IMG/VR virus record: IMGVR_UViG_3300031578_000034
Span: 1-59,340 of that record
DNA: 59,340 nucleotides
Origin: a virus
Taxonomy: Duplodnaviria; Caudoviricetes
Reading direction: 5' to 3' (one strand)
Shown here: piece by piece, positions 46,878 through 55,416 of the stretch
Position numbering within the stretch: position 1 is the stretch's first letter
How the letters are laid out: each line of letters opens with the position of its first letter
Notes under the pieces: generated by a model
The model's database searches: none
The model's input: only the letters and a program-made list of their open reading frames with translations
What the model was told of the DNA's origin: nothing
Translations under genes and position numbers: made by a program

Positions 46878-47248
46878 TTAGGTAGGATCCTTTCGTTGGC
46901 GTTTATTGCTCGCGCATGCCACTCACGCGGCAGTGCTTCTTGGGCCTCTTCCCACGAATTAAATGTTTTTATCCCCAAGTAGTGTATTCGTGGCTCTAGC
47001 TTTTCGACACCAATTTTTCCGTTTGGCATGCGTAGAACGTCCCATAGATTGCCCTCTTCGTCTAACAAGCGGAGCCTATCGGGCTCTCCGTGCGCAGAAA
47101 AGGTGCTCTCTAAGAGATTTGCTGTTTCATCATAGGCCATGTCATCTTTGATAGCAAACTGAATTTCCTCTTCAGGGATTTCCTCAATGATTGGCTTGCG
47201 CATATTCATTTTCTCCTGCGCAAAAATATCTTTTGCCGAGAACTTCAT
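46832..47248 (-). CDS. hypothetical protein
   Basis: TAATG coupling with the upstream gene. Confidence 0.55.
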   Translation of the reverse strand: MKFSAKDIFAQEKMNMRKPIIEEIPEEEIQFAIKDDMAYDETANLLESTFSAHGEPDRLRLLDEEGNLWDVLRMPNGKIGVEKLEPRIHYLGIKTFNSWEEAQEALPREWHARAINANERILPKCQTPGTGLKETLSS

Positions 47249-47619
47249 TATTTTGCAAACTTACCCTTTACTTTACTGACTGCCCAGTCAATGAGGTACT
47301 TACCGATAGACTCGTGCGTAAAGGTAGCAAACATAGATGCAAATGCAACCATTACGATTTTCATTCCAGTTGTCTCAAACGTAGTCAATCCTAGCGCAAA
47401 AACGCCGACAGTAGCGAGCACAATATTTATGGGGGCGATCAACCACTGCCATTTTTCAGTAAAAAGGCGTTCCTTTACTGGCGTAATCGCCCGCAGAAGC
47501 ATAATAATTGAGTACACACCCACAAGTAAACCAAGATGTTCCTCACTGAACACTTGCTCTGCAAATACAAGCTCCGCCTTTTCAGCAGCCTGAATCCCCG
47601 CGTTTATCATGTGTTCCAT
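47248..47619 (-). CDS. putative holin
   Basis: About three hydrophobic helices and a basic C-terminus. Confidence 0.55.
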   Translation of the reverse strand: MEHMINAGIQAAEKAELVFAEQVFSEEHLGLLVGVYSIIMLLRAITPVKERLFTEKWQWLIAPINIVLATVGVFALGLTTFETTGMKIVMVAFASMFATFTHESIGKYLIDWAVSKVKGKFAK

Positions 47620-47764
47620 CGCCTTCCTCTTCCTCAGTAGTTGCCTCGCTCAACGGAACGAGTCTATAGCCACAATTTGGACATGCACTGTCGTAATTTT
47701 GATTCACATCAGTTTGCTGTATTGATTTGCAGACTGAACACAAAATCATCCTACACGTCTTCAT
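47582..47764 (-). CDS. small zinc-finger protein
   Basis: CSVC...CPNC; ATG 6 nt after a -10 element (possibly leaderless). Confidence 0.55.
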   Translation of the reverse strand: MKTCRMILCSVCKSIQQTDVNQNYDSACPNCGYRLVPLSEATTEEEEGDGTHDKRGDSGC

Positions 47765-47770
47765 CGTACC

Positions 47771-47803
47771 ACTATACTGCACTCTACTAGCACACTTTTA
47801 ACT
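47771..47803 (-). promoter_or_regulatory. candidate late promoter AGTTAAA-N20-TATAGT
   Basis: Motif copy heading the lysis/terminase operon. Confidence 0.65.
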
Positions 47804-47885
47804 TTCGGCTACAAAACTTGAAAAACCAGAAATTAACTAAATCGATACAGCGTATGTATAATTGGAGTTGAAAAGGAGAAACCAT

Positions 47886-48851
47886 ATGAAACTGTTAGTC
47901 ACTGGCGGCGCGGGGTTTATCGGGTCAAACTTTGTAAACTACTGTGATCAGATAGGATTAGACGTGTGCGGAGTAATTGATAAATTGACATACGCTGCAG
48001 ACCCCGATAGAATACCAGCGCATATCCCATTATTCAGACAAGATATTGCTGACGCCAACTTGTCCTATGTGTTAGAAAAGATTGATCCAGACGTGCTTGT
48101 AAACTTTGCTGCAGAAAGTCACGTAGACAATTCCATAACAGCAGTCGATGAATTTATACAATCTAATTATGTGGGCGTTCATAACATCCTGCGTCATGTG
48201 CGCTGGTTTAACCAACGCTTTAAAAAAGACATACTTTTTTGTCATATTTCGACAGATGAGGTGTGGGGAGACCTCCCACAGGATTCTACGCGGTCTTTTA
48301 CAGAGGGAGATCCAATCAAGCCTAATAATCCCTACTCTGCAACCAAAGCCGCAGCTGACCTGCTAATACAAGCGTTCTACCATACGTACCGAGACTTTAA
48401 GTCTATAATTTGTAGGGCGTCAAACAACTTCGGGCCATGTCAGCACTTTGAAAAACTTCTACCAACTGTAATCCGGAAAGCCCACAATAATGAGCCCATT
48501 CCTGTCTATGGAGACGGGTCAAACGTGCGGGAGTGGCTTTATGTAGATGATTTTACACGAGGAATACTGGCAGCGATAGAGCACATTCCACCAACAGCAG
48601 AGGTTGTTGGGTTTGGAAGCAGCAACGCTAAATCCAATATTGAGACTGTAAAAGAAGTACTTCGTATCATGAAAAAGCCAGAGAGCTTGATCTCGTTCGT
48701 GGAAGATCGGAAGGGACACGACCGACGCTACTCAGTAGACTCTTCTAAAGCCCTCACGTTGACTGGGTGGGCTCCAGAAATGAAATTTGAGGTAGGACTA
48801 CGGATCGTTGTAGAGGACGTGTTAGAGAGGCTTAAATCGAGAACAAGGTAG
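47886..48851 (+). CDS. rfbB: dTDP-glucose 4,6-dehydratase
   Basis: TGGAGFIGSNF, DKLTYA, FAAESHVDNSI, ISTDEV, YSATK and DRKGHDRRY; AAGGAG RBS; TATAAT at 47857-47862. Confidence 0.95.
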   Translation: MKLLVTGGAGFIGSNFVNYCDQIGLDVCGVIDKLTYAADPDRIPAHIPLFRQDIADANLSYVLEKIDPDVLVNFAAESHVDNSITAVDEFIQSNYVGVHNILRHVRWFNQRFKKDILFCHISTDEVWGDLPQDSTRSFTEGDPIKPNNPYSATKAAADLLIQAFYHTYRDFKSIICRASNNFGPCQHFEKLLPTVIRKAHNNEPIPVYGDGSNVREWLYVDDFTRGILAAIEHIPPTAEVVGFGSSNAKSNIETVKEVLRIMKKPESLISFVEDRKGHDRRYSVDSSKALTLTGWAPEMKFEVGLRIVVEDVLERLKSRTR

Positions 48852-50325
48852 TCTTTGTGTCCCCGTCCTGCGAGAGGTCGTCAATTCGTGTGTAATGATG
48901 ACTAATCGTCTCCAGGTCTGCTGCGTCAGCCCCCAAGACAACCGAAAACAGAGACACGCCCAAGTCATCAAACGCCTCCTTCAGGCTCTTGCTGGTCTCT
49001 GCGTCAATCGTATCCTCACCGTCCGTGATACAGATAATGTCAGCCTTTTTAAGAGAAACGTCTTGTTCACCAACGCGGATATCCTCGATAGCCTCTTTTA
49101 GCGCGCAATTGATATCTGTTCCTCCACCAGAAAAGTATGCACAGGATTCGATGAGCTTTTCAGGGTCCGACGTACCAGCCAGAAAAACGTCTTTTCTCGA
49201 AACCCTAGAATCGAAATGGATAATCTCAAACGTCCTACGCTGTGCCATGGCAATCTGGGCAATAGCCAAGCCGATAGCCTTGCTCCAAATCTCTCGCTGC
49301 CCGCTCATGGATCCAGAGTTGTCAATGCAGAAAACAATCGGACCCTGAGACTGCTTTTCGGTAGACTCCAAGCGGTACTGCATCAGGCCCTGCTCACAAT
49401 AGCCCTTGTAAAAAAGCAGTTCCAGCGTATCGTCTCCGAGCTTCATAAGCTCAGAGGGAAGCAACCGCTCGATATTCGCACCGATTTCGATATCGATCAC
49501 TTCCTCATAGCCGTGCTTGACCTTGTTCCGCTGCACCTTTTTGGCCTCTGCCTGAAAACGTCCAGCAAGCTTAGCAATCTCCTTGAGCTTCTGGTTATCC
49601 GCCAACAGTTTGGCAATCCGCAGCTTCTGTTCCGGGTCGGTAAACCCATCATCACCGGGCTGCTTGCCGATTCCAAAAGCTGACATTTGGGCGTCAATCT
49701 CATCTACCTTGTCTGACGCCTCTTTGATTGCCCTGCGGAGCACTTGACGACCTTCGAAGCCCTGAGCAGAGGCCGCAACCTGTGCCCAACCTTTTTCAGC
49801 GGCGTCCTTGGCACCCTGCGCGTTCTTCGCCGTAACCTTCAGGTTTTCCAGGGCTTCTTCATCGATATCTTCACCATCAGCGTAATTCTGCTCCATCTCT
49901 GAGATCTCTTTACGGATTTTGTCAAGGTCCGCTTGCAGCTGCGCAGGATCATCCTTCGGTGGATCACTCTGAAGGTGCTCAGCGAAATGCTTGGTAAGCA
50001 CTGTCGCAGCCAGGCCCGACCGAAAAGCGTCCATTTTGGTGTCTGCTTCTCTAAGTGTGGAAAACTCGGGCATTTTGCTAAGCTCAGAAAAGGCGTTGCG
50101 CGCCCACTGGGTTTTTGGGTCGCCTTGCGGTTCAGGAAACTTAGGAGCAATCTTGTACATTGCAGAAAACAAGTCTTGGGAAAACTTGTCAAACGGGTAT
50201 CCCTTTGAATTTCCTTTGTCGATTTCCCTCCGGAATGTGTCAGAGGCGCCCTGAAAATCGCCCTTTTCCATTTCTTCCCAGAGTGTAACTTCAGGAAGTA
50301 CCAACCCACGAGATTCGTCGTCCAT
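48832..50325 (-). CDS. vWA domain protein (ViaA-like)
   Basis: MIDAS DNSGSM, GGTD and ITDG; IERLLPSEL motif. Confidence 0.88.
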   Translation of the reverse strand: MDDESRGLVLPEVTLWEEMEKGDFQGASDTFRREIDKGNSKGYPFDKFSQDLFSAMYKIAPKFPEPQGDPKTQWARNAFSELSKMPEFSTLREADTKMDAFRSGLAATVLTKHFAEHLQSDPPKDDPAQLQADLDKIRKEISEMEQNYADGEDIDEEALENLKVTAKNAQGAKDAAEKGWAQVAASAQGFEGRQVLRRAIKEASDKVDEIDAQMSAFGIGKQPGDDGFTDPEQKLRIAKLLADNQKLKEIAKLAGRFQAEAKKVQRNKVKHGYEEVIDIEIGANIERLLPSELMKLGDDTLELLFYKGYCEQGLMQYRLESTEKQSQGPIVFCIDNSGSMSGQREIWSKAIGLAIAQIAMAQRRTFEIIHFDSRVSRKDVFLAGTSDPEKLIESCAYFSGGGTDINCALKEAIEDIRVGEQDVSLKKADIICITDGEDTIDAETSKSLKEAFDDLGVSLFSVVLGADAADLETISHHYTRIDDLSQDGDTKTTLFSI

Positions 50326-50342
50326 CGTTGCCTCCTGATAGG

Positions 50343-50371
50343 TACATACATTGTGGGAGAGGAAAAGTCAA
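50343..50371 (-). promoter_or_regulatory. sigma70-like promoter TTGACT-N17-TATGTA
   Basis: 17-nt spacer, upstream of an AGGAGG RBS. Confidence 0.55.
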
Positions 50372-50381
50372 GGAGTTTTTG

Positions 50382-51500
50382 TTACTTGGTATCGAATGCC
50401 TTACCGGCTATAACGTTGAGCTTTTCCGATACCTTGTCCAAGCAGTCCTGCAGCATCTTTTCAGTCTTTCCGGTGCGGCCGGAAAGGTCAGCCTTGATGC
50501 GCTCGCGGATCTTGGTCAGCCCGTTGTGGGCCTGTGTCATGGCCTGGAGATCCCAATCGTTATCCGCGCACATCCTGAAAATCTCCTCGGCGGCATCGGC
50601 CCACTGCACAACCTGGACCTTGATAGGATCGGCAAAGCCAATCAACTCCTTCTTCACTGTCTTCTGCTGCTCAGGCTCGTCCCACAGCACATGTGCCAGA
50701 ATGTCAAGCGCCTCAACGCCAACTTCCGATTCGCCGCGAACGTACGCCAGGGCCTGCATCAATCGAACAGCGACCTTCCAACGCCGGTCTGATACTTTGA
50801 TGCCCTTTTTGGCCAACTTGTGTCGCAGATCAATAAGATGCTTAATGATTTGGTCGTCCAGGGGCACATTCTTAACCGCGTCCTGCATTGACTTGATCTC
50901 GTCCAGCGTGATAGACACAGTGGGCTCACTGTTGCCGACTGCACCAGAAAGCAGCCCCTCGAAATTGATGTCATCCTGGATATACTCAACCCAGTAGCGC
51001 AACGGGAACCGGTCGTACAAGGCGCCAAGCTCTTCCCCTTGAGGAAGCTCATTCGACGCGCCGAAGACCGTAATCAGCGGAAGATCGATAGGCTTTCCGT
51101 TATTGTGGAACTTGCGCTCATTGATCGTGGTCAACAGCGCATTGAGAATTGCACTGTTTGCCTTGAAGATCTCGTCAAGGAAAGCGATGTGCGCTTCAGG
51201 GAGCTTATCCTTAACGTTACGCTTGTAGGTGTCTTCCTTCAGCGCTTTGAGCGACAGGGGACCGAAAAGCTCCTCTGGAGTACTGTGCTTCGTGAGCAGC
51301 CACTGAAAGTACTCGCCGCCCTCAATGGCCTTGCAGACCATGTTGGCGAGCATGGACTTGGCAGTTCCCGGAGGACCGAGCAATAGAACGTGCTGCCCTG
51401 CGACAAGAGCTACTAGCGCCCCCTCAATCTCCGCAGGCCGCTCTGTAACGATGCCGTTCAACTCGGCCTGCAACTTCTGCAGTTTTTCGAGGGCTTCCAT
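50382..51500 (-). CDS. MoxR-family AAA+ ATPase (RavA-like)
   Basis: GPPGTAKS, FLDEIFKANSAILNALL, GASNELP, ALYDRF and VSDRRW. Confidence 0.92.
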   Translation of the reverse strand: MEALEKLQKLQAELNGIVTERPAEIEGALVALVAGQHVLLLGPPGTAKSMLANMVCKAIEGGEYFQWLLTKHSTPEELFGPLSLKALKEDTYKRNVKDKLPEAHIAFLDEIFKANSAILNALLTTINERKFHNNGKPIDLPLITVFGASNELPQGEELGALYDRFPLRYWVEYIQDDINFEGLLSGAVGNSEPTVSITLDEIKSMQDAVKNVPLDDQIIKHLIDLRHKLAKKGIKVSDRRWKVAVRLMQALAYVRGESEVGVEALDILAHVLWDEPEQQKTVKKELIGFADPIKVQVVQWADAAEEIFRMCADNDWDLQAMTQAHNGLTKIRERIKADLSGRTGKTEKMLQDCLDKVSEKLNVIAGKAFDTK

Positions 51501-51532
51501 ATTTTGTCTCCCTTTCGTTATCAGCTACTGTC

Positions 51533-51561
51533 TATATACGGGATCCAGCACACCCTGTCAA
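51533..51561 (-). promoter_or_regulatory. sigma70-like promoter TTGACA-N17-TATATA
   Basis: Perfect -35 and 17-nt spacer. Confidence 0.65.
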
Positions 51562-51616
51562 GGAAAAAGATTTGAAAAAGTATAAAAAGTTTTATGTTGT
51601 ATTACGGCAAGTTACA

Positions 51617-52471
51617 TCACTCGCTCAAAAACGCTGCACGCACGTCCTGCTCCAGCGTATCAAGGTCGCTGGTCAGGCTGTCACCCGAGAACCGGAACGC
51701 GTCAGCGTAAAAGCTGACTTGCTCCTTCAGGGCACGGAACTCCTCGATCCGGTCTTTCCAGCACTTCGTCTGCTTGCGCTTGCTGTCCGAATCCTTCTTT
51801 TCTGCGATCTCCTCACGGAACGTGGTAATCTTACCACGCAGATCATCCATGAAGGCTCGTGTGATGCTTGAACGGCTCTTCTCTGCGTCAATCTGCGGAG
51901 CCACTGCAAAGAAGCAATCCCCGCCGATCACGCCGAGCAAGTTCTCCAGCTGCTCAATGACCTGATTGGACGCAGCGTGCAGGTAGTAGATTCCTCCACG
52001 GGCACGAACGGAAATGCTCCAATGCTGGCTGATAACGTCCAGCAGATAAGCGCGAACACCATCCGAGGTAATCTTCTCGGTGAACTCCGCATAAAGCGCC
52101 TTAACGCGGTCAAACGCGCGGTGCGGCCGGTCGCAACTGATATTGCCAGTCTGCGTGTCAAACCGCATTGTAGCTGCGTGGTTGTACCCCAAAGTCTGTG
52201 CCGCTTGGTCAATCTTTTCATCCACCAGACCGAACGCGTACTCATCTGCCTTCTTACTGATCTTTCGAATGAGCAGGCCGTCACGCTGAGCAGACTTCTT
52301 GGCCTCTCGAACCGCCTGCAGAAAAACAGAGCGATCTTTCGACTCCGGGATTTCTTTGGTGAGCCCAACTCCCCTGACGGCAGCATTGAAATCATCCCGC
52401 GAGATCTTTACATCGTGAATACTCCACCATACGAAATATCCCATAACCGACAGGCCAGCGTCATTTGTCAT
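51617..52471 (-). CDS. conserved hypothetical protein (DUF6744-like)
   Basis: GYFVWWSI and VRARGGIYY motifs; family name recalled, not verified. Confidence 0.6.
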   Translation of the reverse strand: MTNDAGLSVMGYFVWWSIHDVKISRDDFNAAVRGVGLTKEIPESKDRSVFLQAVREAKKSAQRDGLLIRKISKKADEYAFGLVDEKIDQAAQTLGYNHAATMRFDTQTGNISCDRPHRAFDRVKALYAEFTEKITSDGVRAYLLDVISQHWSISVRARGGIYYLHAASNQVIEQLENLLGVIGGDCFFAVAPQIDAEKSRSSITRAFMDDLRGKITTFREEIAEKKDSDSKRKQTKCWKDRIEEFRALKEQVSFYADAFRFSGDSLTSDLDTLEQDVRAAFLSE

Positions 52472-52511
52472 ATCCAGTCTCCTTGTTAGTTAGTATCCTC
52501 TGCTCACAGTT

Positions 52512-52540
52512 CTTATACTAGACCGTGTGCAGCATGTCAA
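52512..52540 (-). promoter_or_regulatory. sigma70-like promoter TTGACA-N17-TATAAG
   Basis: Perfect -35, 17-nt spacer, AAGGAG RBS downstream. Confidence 0.65.
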
Positions 52541-52572
52541 GGTATATTTCTAAATTTTTTTAGGTAGAAGTC

Positions 52573-53151
52573 TTACTTTAACAATTTCTTAAAGTTGTAC
52601 AGCCACTTAGGGTCTAAGGAGGGAGCTTTATTTAGGGCTAAGTGGTACCACTGGTCTTCTAGCTTTCTTGGAGAGGGCTTCCCGTACATAAGGTTATACT
52701 TCATTGATATTAAATAATAAAATCTACGTGCGTAGAGGTCTTCTGCACTCCTGCTTATGGATATATTAAATTTTTTTATAAATACTGGAATATACCCCTC
52801 AGCGATTGCCTCTGTCCGCAACAGCGCTATTTTTTGCCGCACTGGGCGTTTAGAGCGCAGCACAAGGTCTTCAGGCATTGACGTGTAGTCTTGCCAGCGA
52901 AGATTAGTGGGTTTTCGGCTGTAGTCCACAACATGCCCATATTCGTGCCCTAAAAGCACAATAAGATCTTCGTACGTATTACGCCCCTTATTTAGAACAA
53001 CTGTGCACTTGTATGGATCCAAACTAACGTATGCCGCTGCGTCTTTAACGCCCATAAAGCGAGTCTTACGCCTGTAAAATATTGTACTTGCCAGCCCTTC
53101 TGTGCGGATCTCCTTCCGCACACGGATAAATTCCTGTTTAGCGCGTGTCAT
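52573..53151 (-). CDS. HExxH zinc metallopeptidase-like protein (ImmA/IrrE-like)
   Basis: LGHEYGH followed by E..A. Confidence 0.6.
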   Translation of the reverse strand: MTRAKQEFIRVRKEIRTEGLASTIFYRRKTRFMGVKDAAAYVSLDPYKCTVVLNKGRNTYEDLIVLLGHEYGHVVDYSRKPTNLRWQDYTSMPEDLVLRSKRPVRQKIALLRTEAIAEGYIPVFIKKFNISISRSAEDLYARRFYYLISMKYNLMYGKPSPRKLEDQWYHLALNKAPSLDPKWLYNFKKLLK

Positions 53152-53413
53152 CTACGAGCCCCTTTATTTCGTCTGCCCAAATAGTATAACGTTTTGCATT
53201 TTTAGCACAAGGTAAAAATGTGCCGACGAAGGCTGTCCCAGCAAGGCACTCGATCAAGTAAATCTTTAGCCCATCGAATAGCTGTACGTAGGCCGTACCA
53301 GTGTCTCGTATACTTTCAGCTATTAGGCTTTTCGTTCTGTGTTCCATGATGCCCAATTTACTGCGGTTTTTCCGTGCGCAGTAGGAAGTTTTTTGAACTG
53401 CGTATTTTTGCAA
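53138..53413 (-). CDS. hypothetical protein (start uncertain)
   Basis: Fills the gap between neighbours; true start probably further downstream. Confidence 0.4.
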   Translation of the reverse strand: MQKYAVQKTSYCARKNRSKLGIMEHRTKSLIAESIRDTGTAYVQLFDGLKIYLIECLAGTAFVGTFLPCAKNAKRYTIWADEIKGLVDDTR

Positions 53414-53544
53414 GATTTACAAGAACATCCAAGCGGTTCTAAATCTGCCAAGTCTCCAACCACCAGGCTAGACACCTCAGAGAGGCCTAACATAAATTCT
53501 TGAACTGTGTGGCACTTTTGGCACTCAAAAACGTATATTGGCAT
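53323..53544 (-). CDS. FmdB-type zinc-ribbon protein
   Basis: MPIYVFECQKC...CKSC. Confidence 0.75.
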   Translation of the reverse strand: MPIYVFECQKCHTVQEFMLGLSEVSSLVVGDLADLEPLGCSCKSCKNTQFKKLPTAHGKTAVNWASWNTERKA

Positions 53545-53594
53545 TCTGCCCTCTGAGGAAATCAGATATGCCTCTATTATACACGCAATTGCCG

Positions 53595-53783
53595 CTAGCT
53601 GGCAGCCGCTATAGCAGAATCTAATGAGGCAGAGATGCGTGTAAGACTTGCACGAAGGTTGATAACTGCTGCTTCCTCTGGGGTGATTTCGCCATTTGCT
53701 ATGAGCTTTTTAAGCTCTTCCTCTGCAGATCCGTTAGCTTTAGCTATGCGGTCGATCATCGAAGCGATTACTTGCCCATTCAT
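53595..53783 (-). CDS. small hypothetical protein
   Basis: ATGA coupling to the upstream gene. Confidence 0.55.
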   Translation of the reverse strand: MNGQVIASMIDRIAKANGSAEEELKKLIANGEITPEEAAVINLRASLTRISASLDSAIAAAS

Positions 53784-54208
53784 CGTGGTGTTTCCTTTTC
53801 TAGCACCGAAAGTTTCTCACGCAACGACTCTATACGATTATCTAGCTGTTCTATCTTAGGATAGATTGCGTCTATTTGGTTAGTAATCAATGACAATTCA
53901 CGGATAAAATCTCCGCGCAAAATAAATTTTTCTATCATCTCCAGCCTAAAACCATCAAGGTTTTTAGCTGCTGCAATTGCATGGTTTATTTGTACGTTCG
54001 ATTCAACCAACGAGTGCAGCATAGTGGCTAGGGCATCTCGATCTTTTTCTATCCTAGAAAGATCGTCTTTTACAGACTTTATTTTATCGTCTGTCGCCTT
54101 GAAAGCACGATTCATAAGCGTTTTCATCAGAGCACCAAGGCCAGCGGCGCCAGCTAGTGCTATGACGCTTAAAATATTAGATATGGTAAACACGCTTGTA
54201 TCTGGCAT
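53780..54208 (-). CDS. TM-anchored coiled-coil protein
   Basis: N-terminal hydrophobic helix, then heptads; TAATG coupling to the receiver gene. Confidence 0.65.
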   Translation of the reverse strand: MPDTSVFTISNILSVIALAGAAGLGALMKTLMNRAFKATDDKIKSVKDDLSRIEKDRDALATMLHSLVESNVQINHAIAAAKNLDGFRLEMIEKFILRGDFIRELSLITNQIDAIYPKIEQLDNRIESLREKLSVLEKETPR

Positions 54209-54603
54209 TATCTATCCCCTAGCAACTCAAAAATTTTATTTGCAAATTCTGCAGGCTTAATCGGTTTTGTCATCCACCCACTAGCACCATACTTGGCGCT
54301 GTTGTACCGTAAATCCACAGCATCTACTGCAGATACTATGAAAATAGGTAGGTCGGACTGCACTTTTGTTTTTCTAATTTCTCTAATCATTTCCCAGCCT
54401 GTGAGCTTTGCCATCATTATATCTGTTATTACAAGCTCATATGAATTTTCTTCTAACATTTTTAACGCTTGAATAGCGTCATTCGCCCGAGCTATCTTTA
54501 TTGGCCATGCAGACTTGTAGTCTCTATCTGCATATTTTATAATAACGTCTTCTAAGAATTGTCCAGTTACTTTGTCGTCTTCTACTATCAGAATTCTGGC
54601 CAT
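54208..54603 (-). CDS. single-domain response regulator (CheY-like receiver)
   Basis: ILIVEDD, ITDIMM (phospho-Asp), IVSA and TKP all intact. Confidence 0.9.
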   Translation of the reverse strand: MARILIVEDDKVTGQFLEDVIIKYADRDYKSAWPIKIARANDAIQALKMLEENSYELVITDIMMAKLTGWEMIREIRKTKVQSDLPIFIVSAVDAVDLRYNSAKYGASGWMTKPIKPAEFANKIFELLGDR

Positions 54604-54661
54604 AAAAAAAAATCTCCTGCTAGTATGGAGATTAGCAGGAGATTGAGAAATATGCTTAACT
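54604..54661 (-). promoter_or_regulatory. terminator-like hairpin enclosing the RBS, overlapped by candidate late promoter AGTTAAG-N20-TAATCT
   Basis: Perfect 12-bp inverted repeat 54611-54622/54633-54644 and U-tract, then ATG. Confidence 0.65.
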
Positions 54662-54690
54662 AGTGTTTCTTTTTACATGTGTTTATATTT

Positions 54691-55233
54691 TTACGTTGTC
54701 TCTAACGCAGATGTCCAGTACGAAATCGATGCTAGATGGTCCTTCCACTCAGTTGGAACACTGCTCAAATGACGCAGCTTGAACACAACGTAGGGTATGT
54801 TGCTAGGCATGTATGGTTGTTTCCTTAGTACCATGCCTGCGAGTGCTGGAGACTTAGCCCCCTTTCGCAGGTTGCACTGCATACATGCAATTACAATATT
54901 CGTCCAGTTGGTCTTCCCACCACGGGATCTTGGAACAACGTGGTCAAATGTTGCATCCTCTAGCGGAACAGAAGTCTGACAGTACTGGCACTTCCCTCCG
55001 TCCCGCAGATAAATGTTCTGCCGCGAAAACTTTATCTTGCGGCTCTTGCGGGTGATCGCACGCAGCAAGCGCACAACCGCTGGGAGCTTAATTGCAATAG
55101 AAGGCGATCTAACCTCTGTGTCGTACTCTTCGACCACTTCAACCTTACCAAGCCACATCAGGGTAACTGCCCTAGTCCAAGAAATAATTGTAACTGGCTG
55201 ATAGCCTGGATCTAGCAATAGTGTTCGTTGCAT
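54691..55233 (-). CDS. HNH endonuclease
   Basis: RDGGKCQYC...TFDHVVPRSRGG...NIVIACMQCN; start MQRT with GGAGG RBS. Confidence 0.9.
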   Translation of the reverse strand: MQRTLLLDPGYQPVTIISWTRAVTLMWLGKVEVVEEYDTEVRSPSIAIKLPAVVRLLRAITRKSRKIKFSRQNIYLRDGGKCQYCQTSVPLEDATFDHVVPRSRGGKTNWTNIVIACMQCNLRKGAKSPALAGMVLRKQPYMPSNIPYVVFKLRHLSSVPTEWKDHLASISYWTSALETT

Positions 55234-55256
55234 TTTCGATCTCCTCCCATATCTCC

Positions 55257-55288
55257 ACTGTAGCATACCGAGAAAAAGTGGATTAACT
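55257..55288 (-). promoter_or_regulatory. candidate late promoter AGTTAAT-N19-TACAGT
   Basis: Weaker motif copy. Confidence 0.4.
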
Positions 55289-55335
55289 TCCGAACAATAT
55301 TATACTGGGTTTTACACTTTTTGTACAGATAAAAA

Positions 55336-55415
55336 CGCTGGGAGAAGGATTCGAACCTCCGGTGTGTTATAACAGATTAACAGTCTGCTGCCATCGACCA
55401 CTCGGCCACCCCAGC
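55336..55415 (-). tRNA. tRNA-Asn(GTT), enlarged variable loop
   Basis: Acceptor GCTGGGG/TCCCAGC, anticodon arm GCAGA-CTGTTAA-TCTGT, T arm GGAGG-TTCGAAT-CCTTC, G73; CCA not encoded. Confidence 0.85.
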
Positions 55416-55416
55416 A

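Noticed and set aside
1830-47593. Many plus-strand ORFs of 60-185 aa overlapping the structural genes
   Set aside because: Antisense shadows of well-supported minus-strand genes; the DHH gene is the exception.
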